The notes under the pieces are model-generated. The model had not been told where the DNA came from. It searched no databases and saw nothing but the letters and a program-made list of their open reading frames with translations. Source: Myxococcota bacterium (GTDB lineage Bacteria; Myxococcota_A; UBA9042; PHBI01; JACKFB01). Taken from it: 64,000 bases of DNA. The stretch covers positions 9,454 through 73,453 of the forward strand of contig JBNJGB010000031.1 of NCBI GenBank assembly GCA_051747385.1. Reading direction: 5' to 3'. This document shows positions 1 to 9,670 of the stretch, in pieces. How positions within the stretch are numbered: the stretch's first letter is position 1; every line of letters begins with the position of its first letter. The translations under genes were made by a program, and so were the position numbers.

Positions 1-450
1 CCCAACGAGCTTCGGGCCCTGGGCGCGCGGGTGCCATACTGCTTCGCGACCCTCTGCGACCCGGACCCGCCGATCCTCCGCGAGCTTCCCCGGGAGGAGG
101 TGGAGACGGGCGCCTGGGTGGTCGCGCTCGCCGGCGGAGGCCTCTTCCTGTCCGACGACCTGCGGGCTCTCCCGGAGGAGCGGCGCACCTGGGGCCTCGG
201 CGACGGGCGCGCCTCGCTCGCGACGGGCGGGGTCCCCGCCGTGCCGGAGGACCTCCTGCCGGACGACCCGCCCGAGCTGCTGTCCAGCGCCCTCGAGGAC
301 CAGTTCGCCGGCCACAGCACCCACGTGGTGCCGCGGATCTGGCGCCTCCCGGACGGGCGCCGGGTGGCCTTCCACGTCGGGGAGGCGCCGATCACGATCG
401 AGGGGACGGAGGTGCCGGCCCGCGGCGCGCGGATCCTCCCGTCCCGCTGA
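1..450 (+). CDS. 3' end of a CDS running in from upstream of the window; hypothetical protein
   Basis: Frame 1 is stop-free from nt 1 to the stop at 448-450; no recognisable motif in the 149 visible residues. Confidence 0.35.
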   Translation, partial: PNELRALGARVPYCFATLCDPDPPILRELPREEVETGAWVVALAGGGLFLSDDLRALPEERRTWGLGDGRASLATGGVPAVPEDLLPDDPPELLSSALEDQFAGHSTHVVPRIWRLPDGRRVAFHVGEAPITIEGTEVPARGARILPSR

Positions 451-459
451 ACGCCGGAC

Positions 460-1695
460 TCAGGCGTCGTCCGGGATGCAGGCCTGGACGGCCTGGCAGT
501 CGTCCCCCGCGGCCTCGACGCACTGCCGGACCTGGTCCACCGTGCCGGGGTCGTCGCCCTCCACCTCCGAGCAGCCCAACTGGCACTCCAGCTCGGCGTC
601 CGGCTCGCCCGGACTGCACCCCGCGACGGCCTCGCAGATCTCCTGGCAGGCCTCCGACGGCTGCATCACGCAGCCGATCAGGGTCGGGATGACGTCGTCG
701 CCCGCCGGACACTGGCCGACACCCGTCATGCAAGCCCCCGCGTCCTCGGAGGTGTCGGGCGAGCCGATCCCGGTGACGACTCCCGTGCAGAGGCCGGCGC
801 AGAGGTCCTCGGACGGGAGATCGTCCACGGCTCCGCCGCACAGCTCGAAGAGCGCCCCGCAGCCCTCCACGCAAGCGGTGCTCTCCTCCTGCGGGACGTC
901 GAGACAGGGCGTCGGGTCGTCGCAGTCGCGGGCCAGCAGGCAGCCGAACAGGCGCGGCTTCTGTTCCCGATCGAGCTCGCCGCAGGCCTCCTCGCACGCC
1001 GCCGGGCCGGGCCACGTGTCGAAGATGGGCTCCTCCGGGCCGCACGCCTCGTCCCCCTCCGGCGTCAGGAAGTCCTGGCAGATGGCGGGACACAGGTCCG
1101 TCAGGCACGACTGGACGACTTCGGGCGCGCCTTCGCAGCCGCCCGCGAGCCCCTCCTGGAGGCACGTCAGCGAGCTGCCGAAGTCCTCCTCCGCCATCCC
1201 GGCGCCGGAACACGAGGCCAGGCACACGCCCGGCTCGTCCTCGGGGAGCTCGACCAGGCCCAGCACGTCGCAGCCGTCCAGCAGCTCGCACGTCGCCTCG
1301 CAGCCGGCGAACGGGGGCACGGGGTCCTCGCCCTCGAAGCACGTGGCGGCGTCGCAGAAGTCGGCCATGCAGCTGTAGTTGCCCAGCCAGTAGCCGTCCT
1401 CGGCCGCGCGCTGCTCGCAGAGGTCGACGCAGGCCTCCTGGTCGGCGCCCAGGTCGCCGAGATCTCCGCAAGCGTCCTCGATGCCGGCACACAGCACCGT
1501 GCAGTGATCCGTGACGACCGCGGCCTCCAGCTCCAGCGGCTCCACCTCCACCGCGTCGCCGGTCGAGGCGTCGGCGTCCGTGTCCCCCACCCCGTCTGGG
1601 AAGGCGCCTCCTCCGTCGTCGTCGCAGGCGACGAGCGGCGTCCCGAGGAGGGCGAGTGCCATGACGAGCGTGAGAACAGTTCGGCGGAGCACCAT
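460..1695 (-). CDS. Cys-rich secreted lipoprotein (myxobacterial type)
   Basis: ATG at 1695 gives signal peptide MVLRRTVLTLVMALALLGTPLVAC with a lipobox; mature part has more than 40 Cys in repeated CxxxC spacing and is D/E-rich. Confidence 0.6.
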   Translation of the reverse strand: MVLRRTVLTLVMALALLGTPLVACDDDGGGAFPDGVGDTDADASTGDAVEVEPLELEAAVVTDHCTVLCAGIEDACGDLGDLGADQEACVDLCEQRAAEDGYWLGNYSCMADFCDAATCFEGEDPVPPFAGCEATCELLDGCDVLGLVELPEDEPGVCLASCSGAGMAEEDFGSSLTCLQEGLAGGCEGAPEVVQSCLTDLCPAICQDFLTPEGDEACGPEEPIFDTWPGPAACEEACGELDREQKPRLFGCLLARDCDDPTPCLDVPQEESTACVEGCGALFELCGGAVDDLPSEDLCAGLCTGVVTGIGSPDTSEDAGACMTGVGQCPAGDDVIPTLIGCVMQPSEACQEICEAVAGCSPGEPDAELECQLGCSEVEGDDPGTVDQVRQCVEAAGDDCQAVQACIPDDA

Positions 1696-1896
1696 GTTCC
1701 ATCTCCTTCCGGGTCCATGCGCGGCCCCGGTTCCGACTGCACAGCTATCCACGAACCCGGCGCCGCGTCCAGTTCTCCGCGACCGCGGGGTGCTTGGCCT
1801 CCACGGCCGCCCAAACCTGCGCCCGCCGCTTCGGGGTGCCGACGCCCCTTTGAAACATCATCTTCCGGACGCACAGGTAGTCCCCAGCCCCCCGGG

Positions 1897-2631
1897 TCAC
1901 ATCTCCGCGAGCAGCTCCCGGGCCTCCTCACGGAGGGCCTCGATGCGCTCGCGGACGAGCAGCATCAGGTCGTCCTTGTTGTCCGGGTCGTACGGGGACG
2001 TGTCGATGGGATCGCCCACGACCACGGCCACGTCGCTGCTGGACACCCAGTTCCAGCCCTTGGGGAGGATGTCCTGCGTCCCGGCGATGCCCACGGGGAC
2101 GATGGGGACGTGGCGCTGGGTCGCCATGACGAAGCCGCCCTTCTTGAACGGCAGCAGGTGGCCGTCCGACGATCGCGTGCCCTCCGGGAAGACGAGGACG
2201 GTCTTGCCCGCCTCGATCATCCGCGCGGCCCGATCGATGCTCTGGAACGCCTTCTTCTGGTTCGTGCGGTTGATGGAGACCATCCCCATGGCCCACATGC
2301 CCCAGCCGAGGAAGGGATAGCGGAAGAGCGTGTGCTTCGTGAGGAAGCGCACCGGGGGCCGGGTCGTCAGCCACATGAGGGCCGGCGGATCCATGTGGCT
2401 CTCGTGGTTGGCCATCAGGATCACGCCCTCGCGCTGCAGGCCCTCGCGGTTCCGGACCGCCAGGCGGCGCAGCCCGCACGACTTGAGGATGCTCCAGGCC
2501 CAGCCCCGGGCGATGGGCCACCAGACGAGTCCGTCGCGGTCCACGAGGGCCGTGACGAACACGGAGGTCCCGGCCGCGGCGGTGGCGCCGAACAGGGTCA
2601 GGGTGGCGAAGACGGTGCGGAGGCGTCGCAT
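1897..2631 (-). CDS. plsC: 1-acyl-sn-glycerol-3-phosphate acyltransferase (PlsC/LPLAT family)
   Basis: HxxxxD motif (NHESHMD), FPEGTRS motif, N-terminal TM helix; length 244 aa is typical. Confidence 0.85.
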   Translation of the reverse strand: MRRLRTVFATLTLFGATAAAGTSVFVTALVDRDGLVWWPIARGWAWSILKSCGLRRLAVRNREGLQREGVILMANHESHMDPPALMWLTTRPPVRFLTKHTLFRYPFLGWGMWAMGMVSINRTNQKKAFQSIDRAARMIEAGKTVLVFPEGTRSSDGHLLPFKKGGFVMATQRHVPIVPVGIAGTQDILPKGWNWVSSSDVAVVVGDPIDTSPYDPDNKDDLMLLVRERIEALREEARELLAEM

Positions 2632-2850
2632 GAGCCGCGGAGGCTATTCCGGGATTCCCCCATTTGGCAATCCCGGGTTCGGCGGCGGGGCCGCCCTACA
2701 TCGCGGACTCGGGCGCGGCCGGGTCCCCGACGATCCCCCGGAACGGCGGAGCCGGGACACGACCGCCGGCGGCATGACCCGGCCGGCCCTCCCCGGACGA
2801 CCCGGGCGTGTTGCGCGGCCCGCGTGCTCCGCGGTATCTCCTCCCCCGAG

Positions 2851-3426
2851 ATGACGTCCCGTGACGACGAGGACGCGGTCCCCGCCTGGCCGACGGTCGG
2901 CGCGAGCGCCGTGAGCGACCACCGGATCTTCGGCCTGCAGACCGTGGAGCGGCGCTCGCCTCGGACCGGCCGGGTGGGGGAGTTCAAGGTCCTCCACATG
3001 GACGACTGGGTGAACGTCGTCGCCCTCACCCCCGATCGGCGCGTGGTGCTCATCGAGCAGTTCCGCCACGGCACGGAGGAGATCACCCTCGAGATCCCCG
3101 GCGGCCTGGTCGATCCGGGGGAGGCCCCGGCCGAGGCCGCGCGCCGAGAGCTTCGGGAGGAGACGGGCTACGGCGGCGCGGAGCCCGTCCTCCTGGGCGA
3201 GGTCCACCCGAACCCGGCGATCCAGACCAACGTCTGCACGACCTGGCTCGTCCGCGACGCCCGCCCGATCGCGCCACCTCGCCCCGACGACGAGGAGCAC
3301 ATCGCGGTCACCACGGCCGCGCTGGAGGAGATCCCGAGCCTCATCCGGAGCGGCCGCATCACCCACGCCCTCGTCGTTGCAGCCTTCCACCATCTGGATC
3401 TGGCGCTCCGCGCCGGAGAGGTGTAG
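2851..3426 (+). CDS. NUDIX hydrolase (ADP-ribose pyrophosphatase-like)
   Basis: Nudix box GGLVDPGEAPAEAARRELREETG; ATG at 2851 lies within a longer GC-artifact ORF. Confidence 0.8.
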   Translation: MTSRDDEDAVPAWPTVGASAVSDHRIFGLQTVERRSPRTGRVGEFKVLHMDDWVNVVALTPDRRVVLIEQFRHGTEEITLEIPGGLVDPGEAPAEAARRELREETGYGGAEPVLLGEVHPNPAIQTNVCTTWLVRDARPIAPPRPDDEEHIAVTTAALEEIPSLIRSGRITHALVVAAFHHLDLALRAGEV

Positions 3427-3437
3427 CCAGTCCCGCC

Positions 3438-3890
3438 ATGAAGCACGTCGCACGAGTCGTCCCGGTCCTGATCCTCCTCCTCGCCCCCGCCTGCGACTCC
3501 GGCGGAGGCGACACGCCCCACTCCATCGAGGGAGATGCCACGATCCAGGCCGACCAGGGCGTCGACTTCGGCACCGGCGCCGTGGTCGACGGCATCGCCG
3601 TCAGCGACCTGTACGCCACCGCCAGCGATGGTCTCCGGCTGACGGCGGGCGGCCCCAACCAGGCGAACGCCCGCAACGTCCGTTGGTTCCAGAAGAACGG
3701 AGGCCACCGCACGTTCGCGAGCCTGGACGAGGTCCCGGGCACCCCGCTCCCCACGTCGAACTACCCGCTCCCGAACGCCCGCACCGGGTACGGCTTCATC
3801 GTCGCGAACCAGCGGGGCGGCTACACGCGCGGCTGGATCCGGGAGGCCGACGCGGGCTCCGTCACCGTCGAGTTCGCGCCGATCCCGTAG
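3438..3890 (+). CDS. Lipoprotein, hypothetical
   Basis: Signal peptide with lipobox (LLLAPAC), 150 aa, no known domain recognised. Confidence 0.5.
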   Translation: MKHVARVVPVLILLLAPACDSGGGDTPHSIEGDATIQADQGVDFGTGAVVDGIAVSDLYATASDGLRLTAGGPNQANARNVRWFQKNGGHRTFASLDEVPGTPLPTSNYPLPNARTGYGFIVANQRGGYTRGWIREADAGSVTVEFAPIP

Positions 3891-3922
3891 CCAGCCGGAT
3901 CGGCCGGTTCGAGCCCCCCGTT

Positions 3923-3952
3923 CGGGAACGGGAACGGGAACGGGAACGGGAA
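3923..3952. repeat. Hexanucleotide microsatellite (GGGAAC)5
   Basis: Five perfect tandem GGGAAC units in the convergent intergenic space, beginning 60 nt before the batA-like stop (units 3923-3952 plus a partial gggagg unit; stop at 3983); inverted partner at 12881-12940. Confidence 0.9.
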
Positions 3953-3982
3953 CGGGAGGCCGAGAGGGACCGGCGCCCCGGA

Positions 3983-6106
3983 TCAACTCCGGATGACCAG
4001 CCACGCCTCGGAGGCCAGGAGCCAGAAGAGGCCGACCAGCACGAAAGGCCAGATCTTCTGCCTCTGGTCGGAGGGTGCCTCGGCCGCCGCCACCTCCTCG
4101 CCGCCCGGGGCCGGGGCCGCGCCCGGACCGGGTCGCTCCAGGACCGCGCGGACGTCGACCAGGTCGGCGCGCGTGAGATCGCTCTCGGCGCGATCGCCGT
4201 TCACCGCGAAGATGGTCGCCTCCCGGTCGCCCACGCGCCGCCGCAGGGTGTAGTGCCCGACGGCGTCCGTCTCGGTGATGGCGAAGACCTCCTCGCCCGG
4301 CACCGGCTCCAGGGGCGCGACCTCGCGTCCGTCCGGGCGCTCCAGGACCAGGGAGCCCTCGCCCTCGGGCACCGGGACCCGGGCCACCTCCCCGACCACG
4401 GTGCCGCCGCCGCCCCGCTCGGCCAGCTTACCGCCCAGGTAGAGCACGGTCTGCTGCAGGAGCGGCACGAAGCTGGTCCGGATGACCAGGTCGGACCAGT
4501 CCCGGTCGATGGACGAGGTCCACATCATCACCCGCCCGTCGCCTACCTCGGCCTCGGCGATGGCGGGCGCCCCCCCGGAGAATGCGGCCACGACCCGCGC
4601 CCCCTCGCGCCGGATGGTGTCCAGGAGCGCGTAGGTCCACGTCCGCGCCTTGAAGAGGCTCAGGTCCTCGATCCCCGTGAAGTCGGCCATGATGGGGTGG
4701 TCGAAGTCCACGTCGTCCAAACGCAGGGCCGACAGCTCCATGGCGGGGTCGTCGGGGTCGGCCACCTCCTTGATGGAGCGCACCGGGAAGGGCATCAAAT
4801 CTCCGTAGGAGCGGCTCGACTCGGGCGTGAGCTGACCGCCCGCCGTCACCAGCAGCCCGCCGCCCCCCTCGACGAACTCGGACAGGGCGATCTGCTGGGC
4901 CGAGGTCAGGCTCCCCACGTTCGCCAGGACGACCACGTCCATGTGCTCGAGGCGGCTCGGCTCCACGTCCTTCGGGGAGAGGTACACCGGGTGGATGCGG
5001 GCGCGGCGGCTCTCCGCGGCGCCCAGGGCGGCCCGGACGAAGAACAGCTCGTCCAGGTAGGGAACGTTGCGGGGGGCGCCGTTGACCACGCCCACGTTCA
5101 CCGCCCCGCCGAAGTCCACGGTGAAGTACCAGGTGTCGTCCTCCGGCAGGTCGTCCGGGGGCATGGAGGCCGCCCCGCGCACCGTGGACGCCGTCGCCGG
5201 CAGGCGGTCCACGACGCCCACCCGCTCCGTGCCGCGGGCGGGGATGGTCACCGTCGACGCCGACGTGCGGCCTCCCAGGTCCAGGTCCACCCGGCGGGTC
5301 GCCGGCTCCTCCCCGTGGTTCGCGACGGTGATCTCCACGTGGACCTGGCCGGGGCCCACGTCGGGGGCCGGGCGGACGGACACCCCCGTGATCGCGACGT
5401 TGTCGATCGCCTCGTCGGGCTCGCGGACGCTCCGGAGGTCCACGCCCGGCGGCTGGGCAAGGGCCCAGGGCTCCGTCACGTCGGCCCACGCGTGCGCCGA
5501 GTGGTCGGAGAGCACCACGACGCGCCGGCGGGGCTCGGCGCTCTGCGACAGGACCCGCTCCGCCTCGCGCAGGGCCCCCGCCGTATCGGCCGCCCGCGGT
5601 CCGGAGGTGATGCGCTCCAGGGCCCGCTCCAGGGTCTGCCGATCGTAGGTGATGCCGGGGGTGAGGAGCCGGGCGGGCTCCCCCGCTGCGGCCACGGCGA
5701 AGGCCGTCCTATCGCCGCCGGACTCCACGATGGCGTCCGCCTGCGCCAGCGCCCGGTCGAGGAGCGTCTCGTCGCCCCCACCCGGCCGGGCCTGCATGGA
5801 CAGGGAGTCGTCGACGACCAGGGCCACCGCACCCGGCTCCCCCAGGTCGGCGCCCAGGGCCGGCTCCTCCTCGAAGTACGGCTTCGACAGGGCGAACGGG
5901 ATCGCCATCATCAGGAGGACGCGCAGGGCCAGCACGAGGAGCTGGCGCACCTTGAGGCGCCGGGCGACGCGCTTGTCCGACAGCAGCAGGAACTCCACGG
6001 CCGCGAATCGCCGCAGGCGCGCCCGCCGGCGGTTCACCAGGTGGATGACGACGGGGATCGCCCCCGCCGCCATCCCCAGCAGCAGCCATGGGTTCTCGAA
6101 CTGCAC
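3983..6106 (-). CDS. BatA-like aerotolerance-family protein: N-terminal double-TM domain plus VWA-like region
   Basis: N-terminus MQFENPWLLLGMAAGAIPVVIHL matches the Bat/aerotolerance N-terminal domain signature; C-terminal TM; last gene of the MoxR operon. Confidence 0.7.
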   Translation of the reverse strand: MQFENPWLLLGMAAGAIPVVIHLVNRRRARLRRFAAVEFLLLSDKRVARRLKVRQLLVLALRVLLMMAIPFALSKPYFEEEPALGADLGEPGAVALVVDDSLSMQARPGGGDETLLDRALAQADAIVESGGDRTAFAVAAAGEPARLLTPGITYDRQTLERALERITSGPRAADTAGALREAERVLSQSAEPRRRVVVLSDHSAHAWADVTEPWALAQPPGVDLRSVREPDEAIDNVAITGVSVRPAPDVGPGQVHVEITVANHGEEPATRRVDLDLGGRTSASTVTIPARGTERVGVVDRLPATASTVRGAASMPPDDLPEDDTWYFTVDFGGAVNVGVVNGAPRNVPYLDELFFVRAALGAAESRRARIHPVYLSPKDVEPSRLEHMDVVVLANVGSLTSAQQIALSEFVEGGGGLLVTAGGQLTPESSRSYGDLMPFPVRSIKEVADPDDPAMELSALRLDDVDFDHPIMADFTGIEDLSLFKARTWTYALLDTIRREGARVVAAFSGGAPAIAEAEVGDGRVMMWTSSIDRDWSDLVIRTSFVPLLQQTVLYLGGKLAERGGGGTVVGEVARVPVPEGEGSLVLERPDGREVAPLEPVPGEEVFAITETDAVGHYTLRRRVGDREATIFAVNGDRAESDLTRADLVDVRAVLERPGPGAAPAPGGEEVAAAEAPSDQRQKIWPFVLVGLFWLLASEAWLVIRS

Positions 6107-6112
6107 GTCGGC

Positions 6113-7048
6113 TCAGGCTCCGCCGGCCCGGTGGCGGCGGCCGGCCTCCGCCGCGGTGAGATAGCGCAGGAGCAGCCGGTCCGGAGGCTCCCGCGTGTCC
6201 GCAAGCTCGTAGTCGATGCGCGCGTCGAGGCAGCGCCGGCGCACGTCGTCCCGGAACCCGGCCATGCGCTCGAGGTACGCCTCGCGCACCAGCCTGGGCT
6301 CGGCCAGGAGGCGCCGCTTCGACTCCATGCCCTCGAAGAGGGTCATCTCCTCGAAGGGGAACTCCAGCTCGTCGCCGTCCAGGACGTGGAAGACCGTCAC
6401 CTGGTGGCCCCGCGAGACCACCTGGCGCAGGATCGCGAACAGGCTGTCGCGATCGCCGAAGAAGTCGCTGAACACGAAGACCAGCCCGCGCTTGCCCGCC
6501 TGCTCCATGATGCGGCGGAGGCCGGCCTCCAGGGACGTCCCGCCGCGGGGCCGGGCGTGTTCGAGTTGCTCGCAGAAGTGGGTCAGGTGGCTCATGCGCC
6601 CCCGGGTCGGCAGGACCGCCCGGACGTCGTCGGCGAACGTCACCAGCCCGATGGAGTCGGACTGGCGCAGGAGCAAAAAGCCCAGGCTCGTGGCCAGCAC
6701 GCTGGCGTACTCCAGCTTGGTGAGCGTGCCCTCGCGGCCGTAGCCCATGGAGCCGGAGACGTCCACCACGGCCCAGGCCCGGAGGTTCGTCTCCTGCTCG
6801 AACTTCTTGACGTAGTACTTGTCCAGCCGGCCGTACGCCTTCCAGTCGATGTGGCGCACCTCGTCGCCGGGGCTGTACTCCTTGTGCTCGGCGAACTCGA
6901 TGGAGCTGCCGTGGTGGGGGCTCTTGTGGATGCCCTGGAGCATCCCGTCCACCACGAGGCGCGAGCGGAGCACCAGCCCCTTCATCCGCGCCAGCGCCCT
7001 CGGGTCGAGGAGGCGACGCTCCCCGCCCGTGTCGTTCGAGGCGCTCAC
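6113..7048 (-). CDS. DUF58 domain protein (MoxR-associated VWA-like)
   Basis: Typical DUF58 core (HHGSSIEFAEHKEYSPGDEVRHIDWK...), 4-nt overlap with the upstream moxR stop. Confidence 0.85.
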   Translation of the reverse strand: MSASNDTGGERRLLDPRALARMKGLVLRSRLVVDGMLQGIHKSPHHGSSIEFAEHKEYSPGDEVRHIDWKAYGRLDKYYVKKFEQETNLRAWAVVDVSGSMGYGREGTLTKLEYASVLATSLGFLLLRQSDSIGLVTFADDVRAVLPTRGRMSHLTHFCEQLEHARPRGGTSLEAGLRRIMEQAGKRGLVFVFSDFFGDRDSLFAILRQVVSRGHQVTVFHVLDGDELEFPFEEMTLFEGMESKRRLLAEPRLVREAYLERMAGFRDDVRRRCLDARIDYELADTREPPDRLLLRYLTAAEAGRRHRAGGA

Positions 7049-8064
7049 CGGAGCGACCGCTCGACCTCGTCGACGATCGCCCGGGCGTCGACGCGCTCGG
7101 CCTCCGCCTGGAAGTTCACCAGCACCCGGTGCCCCAGGACCGCGTGGGCCAGGGCGTTGATGTCCTCCTTGGAGGCGTTCGGGCGGCCGTCCAGCGCGGC
7201 CCGGGCCTTGGCCCCGAGGATCAGATACTGGCTCGCCCGGGGCCCGGCGCCCCAGGAGACGTACTGGCGGACCATCTCGGGCGCGCGCTCGCTCGTCGGG
7301 CGCGTCCTGGCCACCAGCTCCACGGCGTGGCGGACCACGTCCGGTGCGGCCAGGATGCTCAGGACGAGTTCCTGATACCGGAGGAGCTCCTCCCGCGGGA
7401 GCACCGGCTCCACCTCCTTCTCGGCGGCCCCCGTCGTCTGCGTGACGATGGCCACCTCCTCCTCGAAGGTGGGATAGCGGACGTCGATGGAGAACATGAA
7501 CCGATCGAGCTGGGCCTCCGGCAGGGGATAGGTGCCCTCCTGCTCGATGGGGTTCTGGGTCGCGAAGACCAGGAACGGCAGCTCCAGGGGATAGGTGGTC
7601 CCGGCGGCCGTGACGCGCTTTTCCTGCATGGCCTGGAGCAGCGCCGCCTGGGTCTTCGGCGGGGTCCGGTTGATCTCGTCCGCCAGCAGGATGTTGGCGA
7701 AGATCGGGCCCTTGATGAACTTGAAGAACCGCTTCCCGGTGGTGTGGTCCTCCTCCAGGATGTCCGTCCCGGTGATGTCGCTGGGCATCAGGTCCGGGGT
7801 GAACTGGATGCGGTTGAACTGCAGGCCCACCGCCTCCGCGAGGGTCGAGATGAGCAGCGTCTTGGCCAGCCCGGGCACGCCGATGAACAGGCCGTGGCCC
7901 CGCGCGAACATCGCGATGAGCAGGAGCTCGATGACGTCGTCCTGCCCGATGATGCGCTTGCGCAGCTCGCCCAGGACGCGGGACCTGGCGTCGGCGAGGG
8001 CCTCCACCTCCTCGGCGGTGGGCGTGGCGGGCGCGTCGGCCCGGGGGGTCGGGGATGCGGTCAT
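7045..8064 (-). CDS. MoxR-family AAA+ ATPase
   Basis: Walker A GVPGLAKT, Walker B LLADEINR, characteristic MoxR length (339 aa) and sensor motifs. Confidence 0.9.
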   Translation of the reverse strand: MTASPTPRADAPATPTAEEVEALADARSRVLGELRKRIIGQDDVIELLLIAMFARGHGLFIGVPGLAKTLLISTLAEAVGLQFNRIQFTPDLMPSDITGTDILEEDHTTGKRFFKFIKGPIFANILLADEINRTPPKTQAALLQAMQEKRVTAAGTTYPLELPFLVFATQNPIEQEGTYPLPEAQLDRFMFSIDVRYPTFEEEVAIVTQTTGAAEKEVEPVLPREELLRYQELVLSILAAPDVVRHAVELVARTRPTSERAPEMVRQYVSWGAGPRASQYLILGAKARAALDGRPNASKEDINALAHAVLGHRVLVNFQAEAERVDARAIVDEVERSLR

Positions 8065-8098
8065 CGGATGGCCTCCGGGGGGCGGAGTGGGCGTCGGC

Positions 8099-9670
8099 TC
8101 ACCGCTGGCGGACCAGCTCGTGAGCCCGGGTCTCCCGCTCGGCGAGGGCGTCCTCGCCCAGCTGGCGATAGACGGCGGCCAGGTGCCCGTGCACGTCGGG
8201 ATCGAAGGGGTTGATGCGGATCGCGTGCTCCAGGTGGCGACGCGCCTCCTCGAGGTTGCCCAGTCGGAGGTGCGCCTCGCCGAGGTAGACGCGTAGTAGC
8301 ATGTAGTCCGGGTACAGCGAAAGCGGGGGCTCGAGCGCCGCCGCGGCCTCCTCCACGAGGCCCAGCTTCAGCAGCGCGTGGCCCAGCTTGGCCTGCACGA
8401 TGGGCGTCTCGTCCCCCACGGCGCCCACGGCCTTGCGATACTCCCGCGACGCCGCCTTCCACCGCTCCCGGAGGCGCATCCGGTCGCCCAACCAGACGTG
8501 CTTGCGCGCCGCCTCGCCCTTCAGGGCCTGGAGCTCGTCGGCCTCCGTGTCGTGGCCCTTGAACAGCAGGCGCATGTCGAACGCGTCGTCCATGGTCCGC
8601 AGGCGCTTCCGCTCCAGGTGGCGGCGCCAGGTGGGCTCGAAGCGACGCCACGACAGGCCGGCGACCTTCGCCACCGCGTCCTGGTCGGACACACCGTCGC
8701 CCATGAGCGACACCAGGCGCTCCGCGACCGCATCGCCACCGCGGGAGACCAGGAAGCCGATGACGGTGAAGACCTCCGCGAACGCCGTCGCGGTGGCCTC
8801 CTGGCTGGGGAGCTTGGCCATGGACGGGCTCATCTCCTCGAAGGGGATGAGGGCGTCGTCCTCGAGGGCCCGGGCCAGCAGATCCTCGCTCCGGCGCTCC
8901 AGGGCCGGCTGCCTGCCCTCCCAGTAGGCCTCGAAGTACTTCGCCAGGCCCTCGTGGAGCCAGATGGGCACCCGGTTGGCGCTCTTCTGGGTGATGAGCA
9001 GGTGGATGAACTCGTGGGCCAGGGTGTCCGCCCAGCCGTAGCCGTAGACCAGGTCCCGCGGGGACGTGAACATCAGCCGGTTGTACTTGCACAGGGCGAT
9101 GGTCCCGGACGTCTTGATCTCGTCGACCGTCAGGCTGCTCACCGCGCCCAGGACGTCCACCTCGGGGTAGATCTCCACCCGCACCGGCGTCGGGGGCTCG
9201 TGTTCGAAGACCGGCACCAGGCGCTCCCAGGCGCCCTCCAGCACCTCCTCCACGTACGGGACCATGACCTCCTCGACCCCGTCCGGGTAGCGGATGAGGA
9301 AGTGTCCGTCCGCGGTCAGGTGCTCCTGATATCCCCGGGTCTCCTCCAGGACGTTGTGGGCCAGGCGGCGGAAGTGCTCCGCGGTGCCCCCCGCGCCCAG
9401 GTGGACCGCCTGCTCCAGGTGCTCGACGGCGGTGGCGTAGCGCCCCTGCATGAGGTGCAGCCGCCCCGACAGGGTGAGCGCCGCACGGTCCGACGGACGG
9501 GCGCTCAGGGCCCGGTCCACGGCCTGCTCCGCGGCGGGCATGTCCCACGCCCGGAGGGCCTCGGAGGCCGACTCGAGGTCGTCCTGGAAGTCCGCCCTCG
9601 CCGGCGCGGCCGCGGCCACGAGCAGGGCGAGGATCGCCACGATCCGGGTTGCGATTCGACGCACGGTCAC
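8099..9670 (-). CDS. Secreted TPR-repeat protein with HExxH (peptidase MA-like) motif
   Basis: GTG start at 9670 overlaps the upstream stop (GTGA); signal peptide IATRIVAILALLVAAAAPARA; AHEFIH plus downstream E (HExxH...E); C-terminal TPR-like helices. Confidence 0.6.
   Translation of the reverse strand: MTVRRIATRIVAILALLVAAAAPARADFQDDLESASEALRAWDMPAAEQAVDRALSARPSDRAALTLSGRLHLMQGRYATAVEHLEQAVHLGAGGTAEHFRRLAHNVLEETRGYQEHLTADGHFLIRYPDGVEEVMVPYVEEVLEGAWERLVPVFEHEPPTPVRVEIYPEVDVLGAVSSLTVDEIKTSGTIALCKYNRLMFTSPRDLVYGYGWADTLAHEFIHLLITQKSANRVPIWLHEGLAKYFEAYWEGRQPALERRSEDLLARALEDDALIPFEEMSPSMAKLPSQEATATAFAEVFTVIGFLVSRGGDAVAERLVSLMGDGVSDQDAVAKVAGLSWRRFEPTWRRHLERKRLRTMDDAFDMRLLFKGHDTEADELQALKGEAARKHVWLGDRMRLRERWKAASREYRKAVGAVGDETPIVQAKLGHALLKLGLVEEAAAALEPPLSLYPDYMLLRVYLGEAHLRLGNLEEARRHLEHAIRINPFDPDVHGHLAAVYRQLGEDALAERETRAHELVRQR

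Noticed and set aside
392-1931. Overlapping ORFs 392..1702-, 476..1378+, 1167..1931-, 1504..3426+ (N-terminal part), 1511..2320+
   Set aside because: Alternative frames over the Cys-rich lipoprotein and plsC genes. Only the frames with a lipobox signal peptide / HxxxxD acyltransferase motifs are credible. The real NUDIX gene is just the last 191 codons of the 640-aa frame, starting at ATG 2851.
3923-3952. Possible CRISPR array because of perfect short tandem repeats
   Set aside because: Units are 6 nt with no spacers. There is no longer repeat-spacer periodicity and no cas genes.
3168-4004. ORF encoding PVPVPVPVPVP, and 12161..12982 / 12831..13016 encoding RSRSRS / PVPVPA runs
   Set aside because: These are translations of the hexanucleotide microsatellites, not proteins.
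3377-7375. 1332-aa plus-strand ORF (and similar giant ORFs 9649..12708+, 10499..12832-, 14911..16794-, 17677..19407+, 20478..22301-, 21509..24334-, 31625..35059-, 39732..43217-, 44817..46046-, 46378..48252-, 46824..48440+, 49003..51045-, 54357..56609-, 57616..59349+, 60640..63498+, 60788..62938-)
   Set aside because: They are antisense or off-frame to genes with unambiguous family motifs. Their translations are low-complexity R/G/P/A-rich strings typical of stop-codon-poor frames in about 70% GC DNA. They have no domains, signal peptides or SD-spaced starts.
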